Assembly: GCA_964485795.1 (NCBI GenBank)
Contig: CAZAJQ010000003.1
Span: 876-32,875 of the forward strand
Length of the DNA stretch: 32,000 nt
From: an uncultured Gammaproteobacteria bacterium
GTDB taxonomy: Bacteria; Patescibacteriota; Patescibacteriia; VMEV01; CAZAJQ01
Direction: 5' to 3'
A model generated the notes under the pieces. It saw nothing but the letters and a program-made list of their open reading frames with translations. It was not told where the DNA came from and made no database searches. Below, piece by piece: positions 6,886 to 13,717 of the stretch; within the stretch, counting starts at the first letter, position 1, and each line of letters begins with the position of its first letter. A program made the translations under genes and the position numbers.

Positions 6886-7749
6886 ATGTCTAAACTTGGA
6901 CTTGGAAAAGGTCTTGACTCGCTTATACCCGTTGAGATGCAAACGTCTTCAGCGGGCGCGGCGGACGGGAAACGCATTTTTGAGATACCCGTCGAAAGGA
7001 TTCATCATGCGCCGGATCAGCCCCGTAAGGTGTTTGATGAAGACGCTTTGACGGAATTGGCCGCGTCGATCCGAGAACATGGGATTTTATTGCCTTTGGT
7101 CGTCAGAAAGGATGGTGATGAATTTGAAATCATCGCCGGGGAGCGGCGTTTCCGCGCGGCGCAAGAAGCCGGACTCAGAGTCGTTCCGGCGATGATACGC
7201 GAAGTTTCGGATCAAGAACAATTTGAACTTGCTTTGATCGAAAATATTCAGAGAGAAGACCTTAATCCCGTCGAAGAAGCCAAGGCGTATTTTCGACTTT
7301 CCGATGAATTCGGCCTGAAACACGATGAAATAGCTCAAAAAGTCGGAAAAAGTCGCTCGGTGATCAGCAATCTCTTGCGACTTTTGCAGCTTTCCGAAGA
7401 CATGCAGCAGGCGCTTATGGATGAGCGCATTTCCATGAGTCATGCGAGAATTTTGGTGGGGATTTCCGAAGAGGAAGCTCGAAAAGATTTTTTTGAAAAA
7501 ATTCTCAATGAAAAACTCTCGGTGGCGAACGCCGAGCAACATGCGAAAATCATCGAGGTGAAACATCATCTCCGTCAGAAACATTTTGATCCCGCGGTGA
7601 TGGAGTATGAAGAACGTTTGAGGGAAGCTCTCGGCACCGGCGTAAAAATAAAAAAATCCGCTTCCGACCGCGGTGTCCTTCTCATCGAATTTTATTCTTT
7701 GGAAGATTTGAAAAATCTTTTGGGAATAATATTGCCGAGCGATCATTGA
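6886..7749 (+). CDS. parB: ParB/Spo0J partition protein
   Basis: N-terminal GLGKGLDSLIP, the ParB box IAGERRFRAA and an HTH region (EIAQKVGKSRSVISNLLRLL) are all present. The gene immediately follows parA. Confidence 0.9.
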   Translation: MSKLGLGKGLDSLIPVEMQTSSAGAADGKRIFEIPVERIHHAPDQPRKVFDEDALTELAASIREHGILLPLVVRKDGDEFEIIAGERRFRAAQEAGLRVVPAMIREVSDQEQFELALIENIQREDLNPVEEAKAYFRLSDEFGLKHDEIAQKVGKSRSVISNLLRLLQLSEDMQQALMDERISMSHARILVGISEEEARKDFFEKILNEKLSVANAEQHAKIIEVKHHLRQKHFDPAVMEYEERLREALGTGVKIKKSASDRGVLLIEFYSLEDLKNLLGIILPSDH

Positions 7750-9191
7750 TATTCTTTTTTTGTCCATTCCCAAATTTTCTTTTTTTTGAACGAAAGAATC
7801 TTGTCTTTCGCAAATGAGGTTTTCACAAAGTCCAGCCATTCGAGGTTTGGACCTTTTTTGTTTTTATCCGTCGTGATCTCCACGACATCGTTGTTTTTCA
7901 GCGGGGCGCTGAGTTTCGCGATTTCTTCATTTATCTTGGCGCGCACGCAAGTATTGCCGATATCCGTGTGGATCGCGTACGCAAAATCCACCGGCGTGGA
8001 GCCTTCGGGCAAATCGATCACGTCGCCTTTGGGAGTGAAAACAAAGATTCGATCTTGAAAGATGTTGATTTTCAAATCCTCCAGGCTTTTTTCATCTTTG
8101 AGGTTTTTGGAGATTTGCGCGAGCTGTTTGATCCAGAGTATCTTCATTTCTTTTGCGGTGATCTTTTCTTTGTATTGCCAATGCGCGGCAATGCCGTATT
8201 CGGCTTCGTCATGCATTTCTTGGGTTCGGATTTGGATTTCGACGATGGTTCCGTCTTCGCCGAAGACGGTCGTGTGGAGCGAGCGGTACCCGTTTGGCTT
8301 CGGTTGCGCGATATAGTCTTTGATGCGTCCCTTGAGAGGGCGATATTTGGCATGAATGATGCCAAGGGCATGGTAGCAGTCTTTGATGTCCGGGACGATG
8401 ATGCGAATGGCGACGAGGTCGTACACTTGGTCGATGTCCAGATTTTTTCGCAAGAGTTTTTGATACAGACTGTAGAGGTATTTCACGCGATGATGGATGG
8501 AAAGCACGGAGATATTTTCGGATTGCAGCAATTTTTCGAGATTTCGCAGAGTTTGGTTCAACGCTTTTTCCTTTTCCGCGTAAATCCTCATGGTGAGTTG
8601 GTTGAGCCAGCGAAATTCTTGAGGCTGGGTGTATTTGAAAGCCCAGTCTTCGAGTCTGCCTTTGATGGCGCCGAGTCGAAGGCGATTGGCGATGGGAGCG
8701 TAGATTTCGATGGTTTCTTGCGCGATGCGATCCTGAGTTTTTTTCGGCAAAAATTCGAGGGTTTGGAGATTGTGGAGAATATCCGCGAATTTGATCATGA
8801 TGACGCGCACGTCTTTGGCCATAGAGACGAACATTTTGCGCCAATTCTCGATATAGGGTTGGCGACTGCTGAAGATGAATTTTCGAAGCTTGGTGAGTCC
8901 GAGGACGAGAAACGCCACTTCGGATCCGAATTCTTTTTTGATGTTTTTCTGAGATGTGTCGGTATCTTCGATGGTGTCATGCAAAAGCGCCGCGCAAATG
9001 GAATCCGTGTCCAGATGCATGGATGCTACCGTCAGCGCCACGGCCGCGACATGCTCGAAATAATCATGACCCGATTGTCGTTTTTGGCCATGATGAGCTT
9101 TTTTTGCGAAATGGTAGGCCTTCTCGATTTTTTTGAGATCGGCTTTGGGCTGCTGCTCTTGTATGGATTGGAGAAATTTATTGAGTTCCAT
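7743..9191 (-). CDS. rel: Short RelA/SpoT homologue ((p)ppGpp hydrolase + synthetase + TGS, with no C-terminal regulatory domains)
   Basis: The HD hydrolase motifs are HDYFEH and LHDTIEDT. The synthetase motifs are AIRIIV, KDYIAQPKPNGYRSLHTTV and EIQIRTQEMH. The TGS motif is FVFTPKGDVIDLPEGSTPVDFAYAIH. The protein ends ~40 aa after TGS. Start taken at the second ATG (MELNK, 9191); the track start is 9212. The stop overlaps the parB stop by 7 nt (convergent). Confidence 0.9.
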   Translation of the reverse strand: MELNKFLQSIQEQQPKADLKKIEKAYHFAKKAHHGQKRQSGHDYFEHVAAVALTVASMHLDTDSICAALLHDTIEDTDTSQKNIKKEFGSEVAFLVLGLTKLRKFIFSSRQPYIENWRKMFVSMAKDVRVIMIKFADILHNLQTLEFLPKKTQDRIAQETIEIYAPIANRLRLGAIKGRLEDWAFKYTQPQEFRWLNQLTMRIYAEKEKALNQTLRNLEKLLQSENISVLSIHHRVKYLYSLYQKLLRKNLDIDQVYDLVAIRIIVPDIKDCYHALGIIHAKYRPLKGRIKDYIAQPKPNGYRSLHTTVFGEDGTIVEIQIRTQEMHDEAEYGIAAHWQYKEKITAKEMKILWIKQLAQISKNLKDEKSLEDLKINIFQDRIFVFTPKGDVIDLPEGSTPVDFAYAIHTDIGNTCVRAKINEEIAKLSAPLKNNDVVEITTDKNKKGPNLEWLDFVKTSFAKDKILSFKKKKIWEWTKKEYQ

Positions 9192-9306
9192 AAATCCATA
9201 ATATCCTAGCATGCGTATGGCGATAAGGGTAGTTTTGCGAGTTGGATTTTTGAAGGCTCGCTATGAAAAAGCAGTCCGTCCTGTAGCGACCGGCAAGGAT
9301 TTCAAT

Positions 9307-9342
9307 AAAAAAAATCCCCCAAGAAGTTTGGGGGATTTTTTT
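9307..9342. terminator. Bidirectional-looking rho-independent terminator
   Basis: AAAAAAAATCCCCCAA (9307-9322), a GAAGT loop, then TTGGGGGATTTTTTT (9328-9342). It has a GC-rich core and A/T runs on both sides. It lies downstream of the minus-strand 74-aa gene and upstream of rel. Confidence 0.6.
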
Positions 9343-9411
9343 ATTGAAGCGATTTTTTTGAAAAAGTCTATGAATCCGTTTATCGTATTAATTGTTTGGC
9401 AATTTCCTATG

Positions 9412-9636
9412 TTATTTTTTGAGCAGAAGAGTCCATAATGCCTTGGTGCGAGGACGAATGCATCGGGATTTATTGATGACGCGTCGTAAGACGCGAATAT
9501 CAAAAAACTCCAGCGCCCACCTCGCTTCTTTATCGTTGCCAAAATCAGCAATACGCTCAATGATATATTGAGCGTGTTTTTTTTTGTCAATCTTCTTTGG
9601 ATTCACATCCCAAAAGAGTGCTTCACGAAATTTCAT
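9412..9636 (-). CDS. Small conserved hypothetical protein (74 aa)
   Basis: Intact ORF bracketed by two terminator hairpins. The sequence (LFWDVNPKKIDKKKHAQYIIERIADFGNDKEARWALEFF) resembles a small family I recall as frequent in CPR and Bacteroidota genomes. The family name is not verified. Confidence 0.5.
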   Translation of the reverse strand: MKFREALFWDVNPKKIDKKKHAQYIIERIADFGNDKEARWALEFFDIRVLRRVINKSRCIRPRTKALWTLLLKK

Positions 9637-9730
9637 ATTTGCTTAAATATAGCAAATTTTCCAATGCTTGGGAAGCATAAATTTCAGTCTTTTCAAAAGA
9701 TTTTTGATGATTCAAGATGAAAAAAATGAC

Positions 9731-9756
9731 AAAGAGGATCGTTTTTGATCCTCTTT
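9731..9756 (-). terminator. Rho-independent terminator of the lipoprotein gene
   Basis: AAAGAGGATC (9731-9740) pairs with GATCCTCTTT (9747-9756) around a 6-nt loop. On the minus strand it is followed by GTCATTTTTT. It starts 28 nt past the stop of the 9784-10386 gene. Confidence 0.55.
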
Positions 9757-9783
9757 AAGGTAAGAAAATTTAAAAGGAGTTTT

Positions 9784-10386
9784 TTATAAACACTGAAAAA
9801 TTTTTGATTTTATGATTCTCAGCTGGCTTTTACCATTCTGGCCGACGGTCAGATTGATAGTCAGGTGCAATTCAGCTGAATGTTCATTGAGTTGTTCCTT
9901 TATGTCGCTATTCAAGCTGACATAAATTCGTTTGATCATTTCTTTTTCAAGGAGGGGTAGTAATTTTTCAAGTGGAATATTGATTTTTTTACAGAACCGT
10001 TTTGTTTCTTCCACTTCCTTTTCAGAAATGATGGGTGCTTTATACTGGATCTCAGCATCCAGCCTCTCCTCATTGATTCGTTTTATAATCACATAGAGAT
10101 GATGCCCCATGCGAATCATATGAAGCTTGATTAGAGAAATGTCATTGCAGAGCTGTTTTTTTTCTGGGATATTTGTTTCTAAGCGCTGATCCTTTGAAAT
10201 GGGTAATGAATTTTTACACTGAGATGTCAGTGTAGTTGGACTTTTTTCTTGATGAGATACTTTTTGGGGTTTTTGAAATTCCTTAGAAACAACATCCTTA
10301 CTTACGGATGTTTCTTCAGTTTTCTGAGTTCCGGAGGCGCATCCGACGGTGAGAACGATGAAAAGAGCTGCAAAAATTTTTTTCAT
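9784..10386 (-). CDS. Hypothetical lipoprotein (200 aa)
   Basis: Signal peptide with a lipobox (MKKIFAALFIVLTVGCASG). The mature part is Lys/Glu-rich and I recognise no motifs. The gene is clearly lower in G+C than the flanking housekeeping genes. Confidence 0.7.
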   Translation of the reverse strand: MKKIFAALFIVLTVGCASGTQKTEETSVSKDVVSKEFQKPQKVSHQEKSPTTLTSQCKNSLPISKDQRLETNIPEKKQLCNDISLIKLHMIRMGHHLYVIIKRINEERLDAEIQYKAPIISEKEVEETKRFCKKINIPLEKLLPLLEKEMIKRIYVSLNSDIKEQLNEHSAELHLTINLTVGQNGKSQLRIIKSKIFQCL

Positions 10387-10610
10387 TTTTCTATTCCTTT
10401 TTTCAAAAGGTTTTCTTTTTGAAGCCTCAGCAACGCTGAAAATGTCCTCAAAAAGGATATGTATTTATATCATAAAATTATAAAAAAGTCAAACTTATTT
10501 TTTGAGGTAATGTAAAATGCGTGGACTCATGGCCTCCTTATTTGCTCAAAGCCCATTTTTTCGATACTCTATCCAAAAGGATACTGAAAAAATGCGATCG
10601 GTTTTTTTAT

Positions 10611-10684
10611 GTGCCCGTAGCTCAACTGGATAGAGCGTATGGCTTCGGACCATAAGGTTGGGGGTTCAAGTCCTCCCGGGCACG
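10611..10684 (+). tRNA. tRNA-Arg (UCG)
   Basis: Manual cloverleaf: GTGCCCG TA GCTC AACTGGATA GAGC G TATGG CTTCGGA CCATA AGGTT GGGGG TTCAAGT CCTCC CGGGCAC G. It is 74 nt and CCA is not encoded. Confidence 0.9.
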
Positions 10685-10695
10685 CTCGATGAAAT

Positions 10696-10737
10696 CAGTG
10701 CTCAGTGCTCAGTTCTGACTGCTGAGAACTGAGTACT
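10696..10737. repeat. Six tandem heptamers (CAGTGCT CAGTGCT CAGTTCT GACTGCT GAGAACT GAGTACT) forming a hairpin; one of two copies of this element in the window
   Basis: The 7-nt periodicity is read directly from the sequence. GTGCTCAGTTCT pairs with AGAACTGAGTAC (12 bp, one mismatch). A 16-nt stretch, CTGAGAACTGAGTACT (10722-10737), is identical to 28956-28971. Confidence 0.7.
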
Positions 10738-10761
10738 TACTCCTTATCTTTCTATCTTCCT

Positions 10762-12519
10762 ATGACAATACCCGACCTTTCAAAAATGCGTCATACCCTC
10801 GCCCATATCCTCATGCAGGCTTTGATTCGTCTGTATAAAGATCCCAAGCCCGGGGTGGGTCCCTCTCTTGATGATGGGTTCTATCATGATTTCGTTTCTT
10901 CCCATAAAGTCACGGATGCCGATTTCCCGGCAATCGAAGCCATGATGAAAAAAATCATCGCGGAAGATTTGGAAGTCAAAGGCGAAAAGTTACCCGTTGA
11001 AGCGGGAATTCAAAAGCTGGAAAGCATGGGCTACACGTATACGAAAGAACTTGCGTATGATTTGAAGCAGCAGGGTGAAAAAGAAATCAGCTTCTATTCG
11101 CAGGGCGAGTTTACAAACATGTGCAAGGGCAATCATGTGGAAGCGACCGGTCAAGTCGGCGCTTTCAAGCTCGTGAAAATCGCCGGAGCGTACTGGAAAG
11201 GCGATGAAAAAAATCCCATGATGCAACGCATTTACGGATACGCCTTTGAAACCGAAAAGGAACTCGCCGAGTATATGGCCATGCAAGAAGAGGCGAAAAA
11301 AAGAGACCATCGCAAGCTTGGAAAAGAGCTTGACCTTTTTGTTTCGTCGGATCTTGTCGGAAAGGGATTGCCGCTTTTGACGGAAAACGGGGCCACGATA
11401 CGTCGCGAGATAGAGCGTTTTATCGTGGATGAAGAGATCAAACGCGGATATGTGCACGTTACGACGCCCGAGCTCGCCAGCGTGGATTTGTATCGCAAAT
11501 CAGGACATTATCCTTACTACAAGGATTCGATGTATCCACCCATGGTGGTTGACGGTGAAGAGCTGATTTTGAGACCCATGACTTGCCCGCATCATTATCA
11601 GCTTTTTTTGTCGCGTCCCAGATCCTATCGCGAGCTGCCGATGAGGATCGCCGAGATAGCGCGGCTGTATCGTTATGAAAAATCCGGAGAATTGACGGGC
11701 TTGATTCGTTTGCGCAGTTTTTCGCTTGCTGACTCCCATATCATCTGCCGCAAGGAACAAGCCAAAGAAGAAATCATGAAGGTGCTTGATCTTATCGAAT
11801 ACGTCGCTTCGGTTTTCGGCCTGCAAAAAGGGAAAAATTACTCGTATCGGCTCTCGCTCGGAGATCGGAAGGACGAGAAAAAATATTATAAAAACGATGC
11901 CAGCTGGGATGAAGCCGAGGTTGTTTTGCGATCGATTTTGGACGAGCGAAAATCGCCGTACGTATCGGCGCAAGACGAAGCCGCGTTTTACGGACCCAAA
12001 ATCGACATTCAGATGAAAAATGTGAATGGCAAAGAAGACACGGCATTTACCGTGCAATATGATTTTTGCATGCCCGCCCGTTTTGAAATGACTTATACCA
12101 ATGAAAAAGGTCAAGACGAAGCGCCGGTGGTGATTCACCGTTCATCCGTGGGCTCCATCGAGCGGACTATCGCTTTTCTCATCGAACATTTCGCCGGAGC
12201 GTTCCCCGTATGGCTTGCCCCGATTCAAGTGGCGCTTATCCCGGTGGGCGAGGCGCATCACGCTTTTGCGCATGTGTTGAAGCGGCGTATGATGTCGCAA
12301 GGCATTCGCGTACGAGTGGAAGACGGCAATACCCCGCTGGGAAAGAGAATCCGAGAAATGTCGCTTTACAAAATCCCTTACCAGCTGGTGATCGGCGACA
12401 AAGAGATGAATGAAAATATTTTTTCCGTACGTAGAAGAGGGAAAGAAGATCTCGAGCGTATGTCTTTTGAAGAGTTCGCAAAAAAAATCGATCAAGAAAT
12501 CCGCGAGAAGACATTATAA
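10762..12519 (+). CDS. thrS: Threonyl-tRNA synthetase lacking the N-terminal TGS domain
   Basis: The editing-domain HxxxH lies at the extreme N-terminus (RHTLAHILMQA). Class II motifs are present (RDHRKLGKELDLF, LRPMTCPHH, RLRSFSLADSHI, HRSSVGSIERTIAFLIEH), as is an anticodon-binding C-terminus. At 585 aa it is ~60 aa shorter than the canonical enzyme. Confidence 0.95.
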   Translation: MTIPDLSKMRHTLAHILMQALIRLYKDPKPGVGPSLDDGFYHDFVSSHKVTDADFPAIEAMMKKIIAEDLEVKGEKLPVEAGIQKLESMGYTYTKELAYDLKQQGEKEISFYSQGEFTNMCKGNHVEATGQVGAFKLVKIAGAYWKGDEKNPMMQRIYGYAFETEKELAEYMAMQEEAKKRDHRKLGKELDLFVSSDLVGKGLPLLTENGATIRREIERFIVDEEIKRGYVHVTTPELASVDLYRKSGHYPYYKDSMYPPMVVDGEELILRPMTCPHHYQLFLSRPRSYRELPMRIAEIARLYRYEKSGELTGLIRLRSFSLADSHIICRKEQAKEEIMKVLDLIEYVASVFGLQKGKNYSYRLSLGDRKDEKKYYKNDASWDEAEVVLRSILDERKSPYVSAQDEAAFYGPKIDIQMKNVNGKEDTAFTVQYDFCMPARFEMTYTNEKGQDEAPVVIHRSSVGSIERTIAFLIEHFAGAFPVWLAPIQVALIPVGEAHHAFAHVLKRRMMSQGIRVRVEDGNTPLGKRIREMSLYKIPYQLVIGDKEMNENIFSVRRRGKEDLERMSFEEFAKKIDQEIREKTL

Positions 12520-12542
12520 AGATGGATTGGAACATAGCAAAC

Positions 12543-12571
12543 AAACAACCTCCCGCTCAGGGAGGTTGTTT
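12543..12571. terminator. Bidirectional terminator between the convergent thrS and the 114-aa gene
   Basis: Perfect 12-bp stem AAACAACCTCCC (12543-12554) / GGGAGGTTGTTT (12560-12571) with a GCTCA loop. Confidence 0.7.
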
Positions 12572-12621
12572 CATGAATATTGGAAGTTCAACAGTCAAAC
12601 GTTTCGTCGTTTCTTGAGTCA

Positions 12622-12966
12622 TTATGATGCGGCGACACGGGTTTTTCGCAAAACGATCAATTCTTTTTCTACGGTCTTCATTCTGGTGCGAAGCGAAACG
12701 ATTTTCGAAGCAAAAGCATTATCGTCTTCTTTCGTGCGTATATGGACTTCATCGAGTCGTATCTTGATATGGTCGATATCCCGCTCGAGCGAATCCATGC
12801 TTGCTTGAAAGTGATCGAATTGGCGTTTCGTATATTCCATGTTGTGAGATATCTGTTGCTCGATTGCGGCGAAATGGTGATCCGTTCCGGTCGCAAAAGT
12901 GTTGATGGCTTCGAGCACATCGTACAAGGTAGGTTCATCATGAATCTGACGGATATTGGTAGGCAT
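12622..12966 (-). CDS. Hypothetical coiled-coil protein (114 aa)
   Basis: This is the best-looking ORF among four overlapping candidates here. It has heptad-like charged/hydrophobic periodicity (MDSLERDIDHIKIRLDEVHIRTKEDD...LRTRMKTVEKELIVLRK). I recognise no motif. Confidence 0.5.
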   Translation of the reverse strand: MPTNIRQIHDEPTLYDVLEAINTFATGTDHHFAAIEQQISHNMEYTKRQFDHFQASMDSLERDIDHIKIRLDEVHIRTKEDDNAFASKIVSLRTRMKTVEKELIVLRKTRVAAS

Positions 12967-13114
12967 AAAGAGAATAATGAAAGCCTACATTTTTTTCGAC
13001 CTTTCGCCAAATATTAAATTTTGGTATTTGGTGAAAAGCGAGGGATGTAAAAGTATTATAGGGGAAGTTCTCTGAAAATAAAATTTTTTAGAATGTATAA
13101 AAAGAAAAACCTGA

Positions 13115-13693
13115 TTATCGAGCAGAGGTGTTTAAAATTTCTTGGCTGTCAGCGGTTTGCTGCGCTTTCGACAATCCTTGCTCGATGAAGACGGTCAGCG
13201 TTTCGATGGTTTTCGCGATACCGCGGTTGAGCGACTCGATTGACGCTTCGTCCAGAGGCGTGAGCACATACGACGAAGCATCAAGCGGCTTTGGCTCACG
13301 ACCGATACCGATGCGTATGCGAGTCAAGGGCGTCAAAGGCATCGCCGTGATGACGGACATCACCCCCTTGTGTCTCGCAGCGCCGCGATCATGGGAGACC
13401 TTGACGGATCCCAACGGAATGTCGAGGTCATCGTGGATGATGAGAATATTTTCAAGCGGTATTTTATGATACTTTGCGGCGGCGGCAACGCTTTTGCCGC
13501 TTTCATTCATGAAGGTATCGGGTTTGAGCAAGAAAACTTTTTTTCCCGCGATCGTCAGAGAAGCGATTTTGCCAAAGACTTTTTTTTGCGCTGAAAAATT
13601 CGAGGAAAGCTTGTTCAGCGTCATAAACCCGGCATTGTGAGGAGTTTTTTCATATTCTTTTCCGGGATTTCCCAGTCCGACGATGAGCAGCAT
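13115..13693 (-). CDS. pth: Peptidyl-tRNA hydrolase
   Basis: N-terminal LIVGLGNPGKEYEKTPHNAGF and HDDLDIPLG are canonical Pth motifs. The 192-aa length fits. Confidence 0.95.
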   Translation of the reverse strand: MLLIVGLGNPGKEYEKTPHNAGFMTLNKLSSNFSAQKKVFGKIASLTIAGKKVFLLKPDTFMNESGKSVAAAAKYHKIPLENILIIHDDLDIPLGSVKVSHDRGAARHKGVMSVITAMPLTPLTRIRIGIGREPKPLDASSYVLTPLDEASIESLNRGIAKTIETLTVFIEQGLSKAQQTADSQEILNTSAR

Positions 13694-13717
13694 ACATGAA
13701 GGATTCGACTGACGAAT

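Noticed and set aside
9246-9290. Hairpin (GGCTCGCTA...TAGCGACC with a 20-nt loop) in the rel upstream region, considered as a possible riboswitch or 5' UTR element. I also considered a leaderless-type promoter (TTATCG-17-TATTAT) ending 6 nt before the ATG at 9191.
   Set aside because: I recognise no riboswitch consensus in it. The stem is short and contains a bulge. The promoter's -35 hexamer is poor. This is speculative without conservation data.
10696-10737. Whether the short tandem repeats (here and at 28951-28999) represent a CRISPR array.
   Set aside because: The units are 7 nt and contiguous, with no spacers. There are only 6-7 units, and no cas genes are present. This is not CRISPR.
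10685-10761. A T-box or ThrRS-operator-type leader upstream of thrS, and likewise upstream of hisS at 17389-17469.
   Set aside because: Both leaders are only ~80 nt, far too short for a T-box. I found no specifier-loop or T-box consensus (AGAGA/GGUGNRA-like) elements. The loop of the thrS-leader hairpin does not mimic a tRNA-Thr anticodon loop.
12410-13017. Alternative ORFs overlapping the 114-aa gene: 12410-12808(+), 12678-13010(-) and 12742-13017(+).
   Set aside because: 12410(+) starts inside thrS and crosses the strong bidirectional terminator at 12543-12571. The other two have unprotein-like composition. Only 12622-12966(-) looks like a real coiled-coil protein, and even that call is of moderate confidence.
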